DNA of 64,000 nucleotides from an uncultured delta proteobacterium (GTDB lineage Bacteria > Myxococcota_A > Polyangia > Polyangiales > Polyangiaceae): contig CAVOKF010000006.1 of NCBI GenBank assembly GCA_963696385.1, forward strand, positions 224,001-288,000, in the 5' to 3' direction. Below the pieces are notes generated by a model, which was not told where the DNA came from, made no database searches, and saw only the letters and a program-made list of their open reading frames with translations. The position numbers and the translations under genes were made by a program. Position 1 is the first letter of the stretch. The number at the start of each line of letters is the position of its first letter. Positions 10,201 through 19,509 of the stretch are shown one piece after another.

Positions 10201-11336
10201 TTCGGGAGGGCACGGAGCGACACGACGCGCGGCCTCTCGGAAGCAACGGTCATCTGGCGTTCGTCGGAAATTTTCTTCGTGGTGAGGGCTTTGTTCTTTC
10301 GTCCGAGCGCGCACTCGAAATCCTTGAAGCAGCACCCCACGAGCGACGCGTCGTCCTCCCCTTCCTCGGCGGCGAGGAGGTGAATACGGACCCGGGTCAG
10401 TCGTTTCATCGCTACGTCGTGGACTTCACCGGCATGTCGGCCGAGCAGGCCGAGCGCGATTACCCGATGTCCTTCCGCCACATCCTGGAACATGTGAAGC
10501 CGTATCGGGAATCTCTTCAGGACCACGGTCAAGACAAGACGCACAAGTGGCGCTGGTGGCAGTTCGCAAACTCGCGTGAGGACATGCGCAAGGCCCTGAC
10601 CCCCCTCGAGCGGTGCATGGTCGCTGCACGCGTGACGACCCACCTCGCCGTTTCATTTCAGCCCGCGGGCCGGGTGTTCTCCGACCAGCTCGCGGTCTTC
10701 GCCTTTTCCCGGCTCACGGATCTGGCCATTCTGCAATCCAGAGTTCACGAAGTGTGGGCCCGCTCCTTGTCGTCGTCTCTCGGTGTCGCGCTGCGTTATT
10801 CGGTCTCCGATTGCTTCGAGACCTTCCCCTTCCCTAAGCCCGATCCGCGCACCATCATTCCTGCACTCGAAGACATCGGCCAGCGCTTGTATGACTTCCG
10901 CGCCAAGTACATGATCGACGAGAACGTCGGCCTAACGATCGCGTACAACCGACTCAAGGATCCCGCGTGCACCGACGCGCGCATTATCGAACTGCGGGCT
11001 CTTCACGAGGAAATGGACCGCAAAGTTCTCGAAGCGTATGCCGAAAGCGATCCGGAGGGCCGGTGGTTCGACGTGGAAGTTCCGCCTTTCTGCCCGATGA
11101 ACGACGGCGACAAGGCCAAGCTCGCTGCGTTCGAGGACGCCGTGATTGATCGCCTCTTCGTGCTCAACGCGAAGCGCGCCGAAGAGGAGAATCTGCGAGG
11201 GCTCGGCGCGACCGGCGGAAAGAAGAAAGGGCCCGCGAAGAAGGGCGCGAGTCGCGAGAACGGCGAGAAGAAACCGCGGCGGGCGAAGAAAGCCGAGAAG
11301 GACCAACTCAAACTGGGAGCGGACGAGGAACCCTAG
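7253..11336 (+). CDS. drmMI: DISARM class I-type N6-adenine DNA methyltransferase (DrmMI / Eco57I-like), split by a +1 frameshift near 9021
   Basis: ORFs 7235..9094 and 8883..11336 join as SHYTPRSL...ERILSLNVCDPAMGSGAFL (motif I) if one T is removed near 9021. Also LYGVDKN, VGNPPF (motif IV) and a C-terminal target-recognition region. Confidence 0.82.
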
Positions 11337-11384
11337 GGTTTCTCGGGGGACGGCGCGGCCTTCGCCCGTTCAGCACGTACAAGG

Positions 11385-11830
11385 CTCAAACGCTGCGGGC
11401 GTGCGGAATGGCAAGCTCGTCCACCAAGGCAACGGCCGCGTCGCGGACCTCCGCTTCCCCGTCGTTCAGCGCGACGCGTATGCAGTTCGTGGAACCGCCA
11501 GGGTCCAATCCGGCGATGGCCCGAAGCAGACACGCTCGAACGGCTGTAGCCCGGGTCCCAATACGAGGCTCCGCATTCGGTGCGCGGCTGCCGGGTCTAG
11601 TCCCCGAAGCCGAGCTCGGCCTCGTCGAGGATGTCAGTCCGGGGGTGTTTCTGAATCAACTCTGCGATCGCATCGACCAACGCAGACTCACCAAAACCTG
11701 CCAGGGCTTGCCGAAGCCGCGCGCGATTCTCGGGTATCCACGCCCGACTGTTCGCCCCAAGAAATCGCGTGAGGTCCCGCAGGAGCGCGGGCGTGCCTTC
11801 ACCCGCTTCGAGAATTTGTTCGGCGTGGGC
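11385..11830 (-). pseudogene. HEAT-repeat protein remnant, 5' end cut by the IS1-like element end
   Basis: Minus strand reads ...LRQALAGFGESALVDAIAELI... then, after a stop, AVRACLLRAIAGLD...ALNDGEAEVRDAAVALVDEL. No start codon was found. Confidence 0.45.
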
Positions 11831-11886
11831 GGGTACTGGTCGTTTTGAAATGACGCGCTCTGCCGTTTGGCCCCTACGCGCGCGTC

Positions 11887-12218
11887 ATGACGATCTTGGC
11901 CGCGCCGAAGCCCTGGCGTTGTCCCGTCGAAGTTCGCGCCCGTCTCGCTCCCGGCCTTACGGACGACGAGACCGTGGCGGTGCGGCGGGCGCTCGTCTTC
12001 TTGCGGACGGTTCTCGGCGGAGCCGAGAAGCTAGCGGCCGCTCTCAAGGTGAGGACCAAGCTCGTCGAGAAGTACGGCGCGACCAGGGCCGCCCGAGTGC
12101 GGGCATAGCGATCCGGGTCGCGAAGGCCGGGGGCGTCAGCGTCGAGGACGTCTTGACCGGGGCTTGGCCCCCGGAGGGGGCGTGTCCGCATTGCGGGCGC
12201 ACCCGAAGCGATCGCTGA
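11887..12218 (+). CDS. XRE-like HTH regulator with C-terminal CPHCG zinc knuckle; frameshift near 12085
   Basis: LTDDETVAVRRALVFLRTVLGGAEKLAAAL joins RPSAGIAIRVAKAGGVSVEDVLTGAWPPEGACPHCG if one G is added in the GGG run. Confidence 0.65.
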
Positions 12219-12252
12219 TTGCTCACTCACCAGTCGCGCGGTACGATACAGC

Positions 12253-12699
12253 GTGCTTGCGCGTGGTCCGTACCTGATCGCTGCAGTAATTTGCGAGCGC
12301 GTTCTTCAGGAGCGGGACGGTGTTCCGAGCATCATCCGCATCGTTGATCGCATTACCTTCCACGGCCCTCCGGAACAAAGGGACGCGATCGTTACCGGGC
12401 TGCACTTATTCCTCGCTTTTCGAGGGAGCAGGGCGGGCGCGGTTCACTCCGTCCGAATCGCGCCGATCAATGCCGACGGTGTTGAGCTATCCCACGACAG
12501 GGAGCCCATCTCGGTCAAGGTTGCGGAGGGTCTAGACGGGGCGAACCTCGCGTTCGTGCTGGCATCGCCATTCCCGGGCCCCGGTCAGTACTTCTTCGAA
12601 GTGTCGATCGATGGCGAACTGCTGACCCGGATCCCCCTGGCTATCGCTATAGGCGAGCTTCCCGAGAGCCTTCGACCCACCCCGACCGAGTCCCAGTAG
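12253..12699 (+). CDS. DUF6941-like protein
   Basis: AVICERVLQERDGVPSIIRIVDRI ... FPGPGQYFFEVSIDGELLTRIPL pattern. Confidence 0.65.
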   Translation: MLARGPYLIAAVICERVLQERDGVPSIIRIVDRITFHGPPEQRDAIVTGLHLFLAFRGSRAGAVHSVRIAPINADGVELSHDREPISVKVAEGLDGANLAFVLASPFPGPGQYFFEVSIDGELLTRIPLAIAIGELPESLRPTPTESQ

Positions 12700-12886
12700 C
12701 TGGACCGTCCCAATTTTGGAAAATGCTCGGCGTGGCGCTGGCCTTTCGAGCCGACGCGCCAGAGGCCGTCACTTCCTTCTGACCTGCACGACGGACGGAG
12801 CGGACATGGCTCCACTGCGCCCAAAAGCCAGCGGCCGCTGTGAGCACGGCCGCGACTGAGAATGCATACTGAAGCGCGAGGATCAT
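12647..12886 (-). CDS. Small hypothetical membrane protein
   Basis: 79 aa with one N-terminal hydrophobic helix; start overlaps the stop of 12883..13317. Confidence 0.35.
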   Translation of the reverse strand: MILALQYAFSVAAVLTAAAGFWAQWSHVRSVRRAGQKEVTASGASARKASATPSIFQNWDGPATGTRSGWVEGSREARL

Positions 12887-13317
12887 TTGCCCGCCTTGCC
12901 TTCGGAAGACCTAGCCACGTGCCAAGGTCCGAGCGGTTCTTTGAGTGTGACATGAACGTACCATCTGTCGACGGTAAACGCGCCGATGTTTAGGGCCATC
13001 GCCGCCAAGAGAAAGATCCTCGCGCGCCTTCCCAGGTCCATATTTTCTCGGACATCGAGCCCAACCCCACGCATGGCAAGCATAAATACGCCCGTGACGA
13101 GACCCAGAACGAGGATGACCGGCACTGCGCAGGATGCGCCGAGGATGAACGTGTATAACGGAGCCACGACGATCAGGGATTGATCCCTGACCCTCGACTT
13201 CATCGCCCATTCGACGGCGAGTGGCGCCAGCGGCAGCACCACTTGCAGCAGCAGAGCGATCGTAAAGATCGAGATGGGGTTCGTTTCGGATAGATCCGGG
13301 CTATCGCCCCCGACCAT
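12883..13317 (-). CDS. Hypothetical membrane protein (about 4 TM helices)
   Basis: 144-aa ORF with four hydrophobic stretches. Confidence 0.6.
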   Translation of the reverse strand: MVGGDSPDLSETNPISIFTIALLLQVVLPLAPLAVEWAMKSRVRDQSLIVVAPLYTFILGASCAVPVILVLGLVTGVFMLAMRGVGLDVRENMDLGRRARIFLLAAMALNIGAFTVDRWYVHVTLKEPLGPWHVARSSEGKAGK

Positions 13318-13384
13318 TCGAGCATGGTGAACACGCCCCCTCCCCTTCGGTCAAGCGCGTCGTCCGTCGTGTCGCGGCGGAACG

Positions 13385-13591
13385 CTAGGTCGCCTTTGCG
13401 CGCCATGGCGACGAAGCCGTAGCGAGCAATATTTCGCGGGCCCACTGCGTCACCGGCTTGCCGTCGCGCTCCGCGGCCGCCGTGATCTCGTCCCGTTCCT
13501 TCGGGCTGATTCGGATCTTGAAGAAGACGTCCCGCACGTCCTCCTCCGCCAAGGGCGGCCGGCCCATCCTGGCCTTCTGCGCCGCGCTCAC
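13385..13591 (-). CDS. Ribbon-helix-helix DNA-binding protein (MobC/DUF1778-like)
   Basis: MGRPPLAEEDVRDVFFKIRISPKERDEITAAAERDGKPVTQWAREIL; GTGA overlap with the transposase stop. Confidence 0.7.
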   Translation of the reverse strand: MSAAQKARMGRPPLAEEDVRDVFFKIRISPKERDEITAAAERDGKPVTQWAREILLATASSPWRAKAT

Positions 13592-14199
13592 TGCGCCCCG
13601 TTCGACGCCCGGGCTGCGTCCAGAAGCTCGCCCATCGTCCACAAGGTGGTCGACAGACCCGCCGCCATCGCCGGCGTAGCGCGCAGCGTGGAGTGAACGC
13701 GAACGAAGTTGTAGTGGGCGAAGTGAAGCGCGATGGCCGCGCCATGGTTCTCCAGCTTCTTCGAGTGCCCGTTCGTGAGGCGCGTGAATCGGCGCATCGA
13801 CATGCGCATCGTGACGTTCTGGCGCTCCACGAAGCTCGTGGAGACAAGCTCCTCGACGGGCGCGCCGAACACGGGCGTCTTGAGCGTGGCAGTGACTTTG
13901 GTAGGCGAATAACGACCAGGGCCCGCGGCTTCTGCCTCGTATTCTTTTACGATGGTCGCGTAGTCGACGCCCTCGAACGCAGCGCCAATCGCGTCCGCGC
14001 ACATGCGGAGGTAGCGAAGGCGCGAGGCGAGATCGCCGATGAACGTGTTTGTCGTCTCGACGTTGCGCTTGCCCGTGAGGAAGCACGGAACGAGCTTGGT
14101 CTCCGCGTCGATCGCCACGTAGGTCCACGTATCGCCGACGCGTGACGCATCTTCGCTCGCGCCCACGCGGCGCTGCTTCTTCTGCACGAAGGCCCACTG
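13588..14199 (-). pseudogene. IS1-family DDE transposase, N-terminally truncated with an internal deletion
   Basis: WAFVQKKQ, GDTWTYVAIDAETKLV, STSFVERQNVTMRMSMRRFTRLTNGHSKKLENH, YNFVRVHSTLRATPAMAAGL. The TDG catalytic segment is absent. Confidence 0.85.
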
Positions 14200-14856
14200 G
14201 CTACACTCGGGCTCACCGCAGCGGTCGCCGCGATCGCACTCGCTCGCAGCCGGCGGCCCGATCCCGACGCGTATTGGCCGTCGCTTCCGGTCGTGGGGAC
14301 ACTCGCCGTCGATGTTCCCATCGATCTGCCGGACCGGCGACGGCTGACCTTGGCACCGGACGCCTGCAAACCTCTTGCATGGGGACCCGGCGACGAGGGC
14401 TCGGCGCCCGGCTGCCGCCTGAGCGGGATTCGATCCCCTTGCGTGATGTGCGCAACGCTGACCGTCCGACACGACGCCCTCTCCGACTTTTACTGGCTCT
14501 TCGGCGAGGGGAGGCGCCCAGCGCTCGTGTTTAAGGGAACCGACGTCGAAGCCCGCAAGGTGGTTCGCGTTCGTGACCTCGCGGGGGTCTTGGGTCCTCC
14601 CATCGCGTGGACACTGGGGGCCGCCTTCGGCGTGGCGATGGCCGGTGCGCTCGCCCTCGGCGCCCGCGGGATCGAGCGGGGCAGAGCCTCACTCGTCGCG
14701 GAAGCCGAAGCGCGCTCCGAGGGCGAAGCGCGCTCGGCGGACGAAGCAGCTGAGCTGCTCGACCTTCGCGCGGCACGCCTCTACGCGCTGGCCGCGACGA
14801 CGTGTGTGCTGTGCGCCGGCCCCTTGATCATCGGGGCGGCGCTCGGGCAATGGTGA
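14200..14856 (+). pseudogene. 3' fragment of a membrane protein gene
   Basis: The open frame begins at the transposase junction (TLGLTAAVAAIALARSRRPDPD...) and has several hydrophobic helices but no credible start. Confidence 0.45.
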
Positions 14857-14861
14857 CTCCA

Positions 14862-14930
14862 TCGAGTCAACGAGCACGCGATCGGCCAAGGCGCTCCTCG
14901 TAGAGTTCGTCACGGCTGATCTTGGGCTGC
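14862..14930 (-). pseudogene. Antitoxin C-terminus / PIN toxin N-terminus junction remnant
   Basis: KISRDELYEERLGR overlaps GAGGAG followed by TTG-ADRVLVDS, resembling a VapC start. Confidence 0.4.
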
Positions 14931-15130
14931 GACCAGGCAAGGCTGGTCCGAAAGGAGTAGGGAGATGCGGTAACTACGAAATTCGGAGAAGTCGTCCAGC
15001 GGGTGCGAAGCCCGTCCGACCAAGGAATAGCCCGCCAGGTCGGTAGCGAGCCTTGCGACGTCGTCGGCAACGACGGTGGCGATGCGTAGGCGCGCGAGCA
15101 TGTGGGCCGCGGCAATCCAGCCTCGAAATA

Positions 15131-15420
15131 GGCCTCCTTAGGCGAATTTGTGGGTGAGCCAATCGGGCTCGGGAAGGTTTCCGAGCGCGTGATAGAGGGC
15201 GATCTCGGCGTGTTCGTAGGTTCGGAAACCGTGGGCTTTTCGTGTCGTGATTCGAGCTTTATTATTGAATCCCTCGACGGCGCCGAGCGGGAGGAGCTTG
15301 CGGGCCTTGAACCAGTTCAAGATGAGCGGCTTGTGTTTGCGTAAGGGGGCGGCGAACTTCTTGAACGGGGGTAGCCGCGAGCGCATGGCCATGGTGGTCC
15401 ACCGGCCGAGGAAGCTCCAT
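15131..15420 (-). mobile_element. ISL3-family transposase C-terminal remnant with right end
   Basis: AMRSRLPPFKKFA..LRKHKPLILNWFKA...GAVEGFNNKAR...GFRT...ALYHALGNLPEP..THKF*. A GGC-starting end at 15131 lies beside an AT-rich flank. Confidence 0.85.
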
Positions 15421-15751
15421 CCGCGCTCGAAGACTGGGCGGGCACCACGATGCGGGGCCGAAATACATCCGCCAGGTATCGCCGTGCTCGCGGGCAATGA
15501 GCACGTCGAGGAAGGGCAATCGTTCGACCATGGGCGCGTAGGATACCATCAGCGCCACGCCTCCGGCGTGTGTTGACTCGCGCGTGACTGACCCAGTCCA
15601 CAGGCGGTGTCGCGAGCACTCGGTCGAGGTGCGTGTCGCGATCGCCCCACACGACGAGCGTCGGGAGACCGCTAGGGCCGCGTCCCTACGTCGGGCATCG
15701 AAGGCCCAAGGGTTGAGCTCGTTTGCGAATTTTCTCCTCCTAGCGTTAGCG

Positions 15752-16068
15752 TTAGCGACGCTCCGCCCAGTAGCCCGGCCGGCGCTTCCCGTGGGCGATT
15801 GCGAGAACGATCGCAGTGCCCGGCCGCACGTAGAAAAAGACCACGTAGGGCAAGGGCGGCGGCAGGACCGCACGCCGGACCAGGTAGACGAGGGGCCGCG
15901 CATTCGGCACGGCGAGCAAGCCATGCTCGGGGAACTGGCTTCGACGCAATCGAAGATGCCATCTACGACGCGACGAAACCGGAGTGCCGCGCGTGGGTCG
16001 CGCATGCGACGGACAACCTGCCGGCGCTCTTCTCGTGCGTCGGGGTGAAGCCGGAGCGGCGTCGTCAA
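15752..16068 (-). pseudogene. parE: RelE/ParE-family toxin, frameshifted
   Basis: LRLHPDAREE at the N-terminus and PYVVFF...IVLAIAHGKRRPGYW at the C-terminus lie in different frames. Confidence 0.75.
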
Positions 16069-16078
16069 TCGTCGTCGC

Positions 16079-16279
16079 TCACCAGAACTCCTCGCGGGTG
16101 AGGAGCTTCACTTCGCCGCGCTCGATCTGAGCCATCCGGTGCGAGAGCTCGTCATTCCAGGCAGCAGTCCATTCCGTCTCGTCGAGCTCGTCGCCGCCGA
16201 GCTTCGCACGAAGCTCGGAGCGCTCGTCCTCCGTCAATTCCGACACCAGGTCGAGAACGGCTCGGACGCGCGGCGACAT
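16079..16279 (-). CDS. Addiction-module antitoxin
   Basis: MSPRVRAVLDLVSELTEDERSEL...AAWNDELSHRMAQIERGEVKLLTREEF, directly upstream of the ParE-like gene. Confidence 0.8.
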   Translation of the reverse strand: MSPRVRAVLDLVSELTEDERSELRAKLGGDELDETEWTAAWNDELSHRMAQIERGEVKLLTREEFW

Positions 16280-16294
16280 ACTCCTAGCGTGGCT

Positions 16295-16503
16295 CTGAAG
16301 GGCGGCGGCGTCCAGTCCAATAGCGGGAGTGCGGGAACGTACGAGACGGGCTGGGATGCGGCGGACTGGAACACGTGTATCGCAACGGGCCCTGGCGCGG
16401 TGAGCACGTGGAACACGAACCTCAGCAGCGATGGCCCACTTCAAGGAAGCTTTTTTCCTGATGGGCAAGCGACGTGGACGAGCGCAGCCGGCAGTCAGGA
16501 GAC
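16295..16503 (+). pseudogene. Internal fragment of an FGE/SUMF1-domain lipoprotein gene
   Basis: GTYETGWDAADWNTCIATGPGAVSTW...TWTSAAGSQE matches 22851..24239 (GTYETGWDAADWNMDIATGPGAASTW...TWTSTAGTQE). Confidence 0.85.
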
Positions 16504-16830
16504 CGGCTTTCCTGTCACATCCGTCGCCATCGTGCCGTTGCAGGTTGACCTGAAAGCCGTGTGGGATCTGCGCGATCCGACGCTTCTGAGTGCGCTCAAA
16601 GTCACTCCGACGGACGTCGCCTTCAACTTCCGCTCGCTTCCTCGCGGGGCCGGTCCGACCGACATGCAGAGGCTCGGGGAAACCCTGGCCGCAAGCTTCC
16701 GCGTGGACGGCCTCCTCTACGGATCGCTCGCTCGCAACGGGAGCACCTGTCTCGCGATCTTTGAGGCGTCCCTGGCGGCGCTCGCCTCGCCCGTGGAAGT
16801 GAATGACCCGCCGGACCGCCTTCCGCAAGT
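16504..16830 (+). pseudogene. RES-domain toxin C-terminal fragment
   Basis: VWDLRDP..LSAL...MQRLGE.....VDGLLYGS.....CLAIF is the RES-domain C-terminal pattern. Confidence 0.65.
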
Positions 16831-16853
16831 CGACGCGTGCTATCCCTGTCGCC

Positions 16854-17357
16854 ATGAACCGGGCAACGTGGGTCATCGGTGCTCTGTCCGCCGCCATGGC
16901 TTTCGGGTGCGGCAAGACCGACGCGAACCGCAACTCGGCTACGGCGGCGTCTGCGCCTGCCGGTGGCTGCAGCCAGCATGCGGTTTGCGCCGACCACTAT
17001 TTCATCGACACCGTAGCTCCGGACCATTGCGCGGCGGGAGCCGAGTGCACTCTTTCGATCAAGCTCGGCGCGATGGGTGCATTTCACGTGAACGACGAGT
17101 ACCCCTACAAGTTCAAGGCGGACTTGGCACCCGGCGTACAGTTCGTCGGGACGGACCCGGCCGGCCAGAATGTCTTTTCGAAGCCAGCCGGAAACTGGCT
17201 CAAGGTCGACGACAAAAGTGGCCTGCTGAGCGTCAAGTTCTTCGTGGGCACGCCCGGGGAGCAAACCATCGCAGGCACCTTCAAGTTGAGCGTCTGCTCT
17301 GCCGCGAACTGTCTTCTCGAGGAGCGACCGCTGCACGCCCGCATCGTCGCGCTGTGA
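16854..17357 (+). CDS. Lipoprotein with DsbD-N/Ig-like domain
   Basis: Signal peptide with lipobox AFGC; FHVNDEYPYKF and GTFKLSVCS motifs. Confidence 0.75.
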   Translation: MNRATWVIGALSAAMAFGCGKTDANRNSATAASAPAGGCSQHAVCADHYFIDTVAPDHCAAGAECTLSIKLGAMGAFHVNDEYPYKFKADLAPGVQFVGTDPAGQNVFSKPAGNWLKVDDKSGLLSVKFFVGTPGEQTIAGTFKLSVCSAANCLLEERPLHARIVAL

Positions 17358-17400
17358 GGTTTAGGCGCGCGCGCCCGTGACCTCGGATCCGGCACGGTTG

Positions 17401-18543
17401 TTACTGGCAGCCGATGCGGGTGTCGTCGATGGCCAGATCGTCGAACCAGATCACGAAGGGGCTCAAGATGGTTCCGTTCTGCTGATACCAAGTGGCCCCG
17501 ACCACGACCGCCGTGTAATCGGACATCGTGGAATTCGCGTTCCCACTAAAAGCCAGAGCCGTGACCTCCGTGGAATCGTAGAAGAAGCGGTAGCTCTCGG
17601 TCGCGACATCGACCCACCATTCGGCACAGTGCCAATTGGACGCTCCGGTATCCGGACTGTCGAACGTATAGTCGTACGCTGAGTTGGTGCAGCACTTATC
17701 GGTAGGGATATTGAAGAGCCATTGGTACTCGCCCTGCATGTTTTCGACGATGTCGACGACGCGATTTTCGCCGCTCGGACCGATGAGGGACGTCCAGGTG
17801 ACGTGGAGCACGGTGTTCGTAGGAGTCTTTTGCACCGCCGGCGAGGGCTCCTGGACTTTATAAAAGATCCGCCCCCAGTGGGTGTAGGCCGTGGCGCCGA
17901 TGGGCGTGAGACTCCTTTGCGCCCTCGTTTGGCCCCGTTCCATCGAGTCGCTCTTGAGCGACATCTTGCCCGAATGCGCCTCGTCGTCGGCGAGGGCGAC
18001 GTCGGTGGCCCCAGCGGTGCCATAGCCCGCGTACTTGGTCCACATGGGCCCGAGGCTTCCGACCGTCCCAGTTTCGAAGTCCTCGCAGAGCTTGTACGTT
18101 TTCCCTGTGCATCCCGTTGCTGCGACGCTGCCGTAAACGGCCGCGCCGGAATCCGAATCGCTGGTCGCTGGGCCGGCATCCGACTCCGCCTGCGCATCCG
18201 GCTCGCCGCTCGAAGAGCTGCTGGCGCTGCTCGACCCGTTGCTCGACGTGCTGCTGCTGGACGTCGCCGAACCAGAGCTCGACGGGGCGACGGAGCTCGA
18301 GCTCGACGATCCGGGGCTCAGCGGCGAGGAGGACGAGGAGCTCGAACTCGGGGTCACGCTGCTGCTCGACGACGCGCTTTGCGGAGTCGTTGCGGACGAG
18401 CTGGTTGTCGCCTTCGAAGCTCCCGACGAGCATCCGGGATCGACCAGCAGCACCCACAGGCCCGCCATCGCGAGCGGGCTGAGGCGCACCCCGAGCGAGC
18501 GGCGGCCGGTACAAGCACGGGCGGGGGTGAAACTCATGCGCAT
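17401..18543 (-). CDS. Secreted lipoprotein with Ser-rich linker and Cip1/polysaccharide-lyase-like beta-sandwich
   Basis: LCEDFETG, HSGKMSLK, WGRIFY, WHCAEW, IWFDDLAIDDTRIGC. The upstream extension of the ORF track runs through the MITE and is not credible. Confidence 0.75.
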   Translation of the reverse strand: MRMSFTPARACTGRRSLGVRLSPLAMAGLWVLLVDPGCSSGASKATTSSSATTPQSASSSSSVTPSSSSSSSSPLSPGSSSSSSVAPSSSGSATSSSSTSSNGSSSASSSSSGEPDAQAESDAGPATSDSDSGAAVYGSVAATGCTGKTYKLCEDFETGTVGSLGPMWTKYAGYGTAGATDVALADDEAHSGKMSLKSDSMERGQTRAQRSLTPIGATAYTHWGRIFYKVQEPSPAVQKTPTNTVLHVTWTSLIGPSGENRVVDIVENMQGEYQWLFNIPTDKCCTNSAYDYTFDSPDTGASNWHCAEWWVDVATESYRFFYDSTEVTALAFSGNANSTMSDYTAVVVGATWYQQNGTILSPFVIWFDDLAIDDTRIGCQ

Positions 18544-18829
18544 TTGCGGACACTCCCCTCGCTCCTGCAGTTGCGTGGATCGACCGTTTCGGCTCAGAGA
18601 TGGGCACGACTTGCCCCGTGCCGATGACAATCCTACGGCAAATGCGGGACCGTCGCGGAAACGCTTACGCTTGCCCTCGGATTCTCGACTTCGCGCTCGC
18701 GGCCGCCCGCGGCGGCCTGGGAATGCGAATGGCGAAGCGACGGCGGGGAGGGCTTTCCCGGAAAACTCCGCCGTCCGCAGAAATCTTGCCCGGGTGCGGA
18801 ATCCACCGCTTCCCAACACGTTCGGCGCC

Positions 18830-18929
18830 CTAGTACCTCGATTCCGCGGAATGGAAGGGTCGTTTTCCGCGATATTCCCGACGGGATCGGGTGGTCTCAC
18901 CCCTCCGTTTCATGGAATCGGGGTACTAG
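18830..18929 (-). mobile_element. 94-bp MITE, copy 2 (inverted, identical to copy 1)
   Basis: Exact reverse complement of 1462-1561, with CTAG at both ends. Confidence 0.92.
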
Positions 18930-19509
18930 TAGCCGTTCCGTGAAGAAATTTCGATCGCCGATTCCCTTGGGGACTCGCCGCGAACAGGCCAAGGGCCAGG
19001 GCCCTCTGCGATCGGCTCACGAAGGTGTGAGAGGTCGTCCATCTTGGCAATTCAGCATCGGGTTTCTTTCCCTTCCACTCGCCACCGGGAACCATTTCGC
19101 TTGAGGCTCGTGGAAGTCTCTTATCACTTTGAGCATTTCTGCACCGTTGCTGTCGTGCTCTGCAAATCGCATTGAGATTCGAAATACGATTCCAAAGATA
19201 TTTATGTGTCGCTTCGAAGCAATGCTCCGAGAGCAGTGCGAATCCTGTGACATGGGCCCTCGGTCCTCGATCGTCCTGAATGACCAAAGGGCTCGCAAGG
19301 TTCTCAGGCAGCCGGGTCCCCGCCGCGGCCGCATCCGCCGAAAAATGGTCGCGGCCGTGGCCGTTTGGGCGAGTGCGGGCGACGCCGCCGCAGCGCGCGG
19401 GACGGCCCCCTTCGCGACGATCCGCCCAAGCCGTCGCACGCCCAATCGCGAGGGAAACCGCGGGCAGATCGGCCCGAACCGCCTTGTCCCCAGCGCGGGA
19501 AAAAGGTGA

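Larger units (their letters stand above)
11832..14199 (-). mobile_element. IS1-family element with passenger genes; transposase-proximal end lost
   Basis: IS1-family transposase at 13588-14199. Putative terminus GGTACTGGTCGTTTTGAAAT at 11832 is a GGT-starting IS1-like end and coincides with the truncation of the neighbouring gene. Confidence 0.5.

Noticed and set aside
11327..11342. Palindrome AACCCTAGGGTT at the methyltransferase stop as a recombination site
   Set aside because: Single short occurrence with no second copy or recombinase, so it may be chance.
15735..15760. TAGCGTTAGCGTTAGCG next to the TA pair as an integron attC site
   Set aside because: No matching RYYYAAC/GTTRRRY pair with an internal palindrome, and no integrase.
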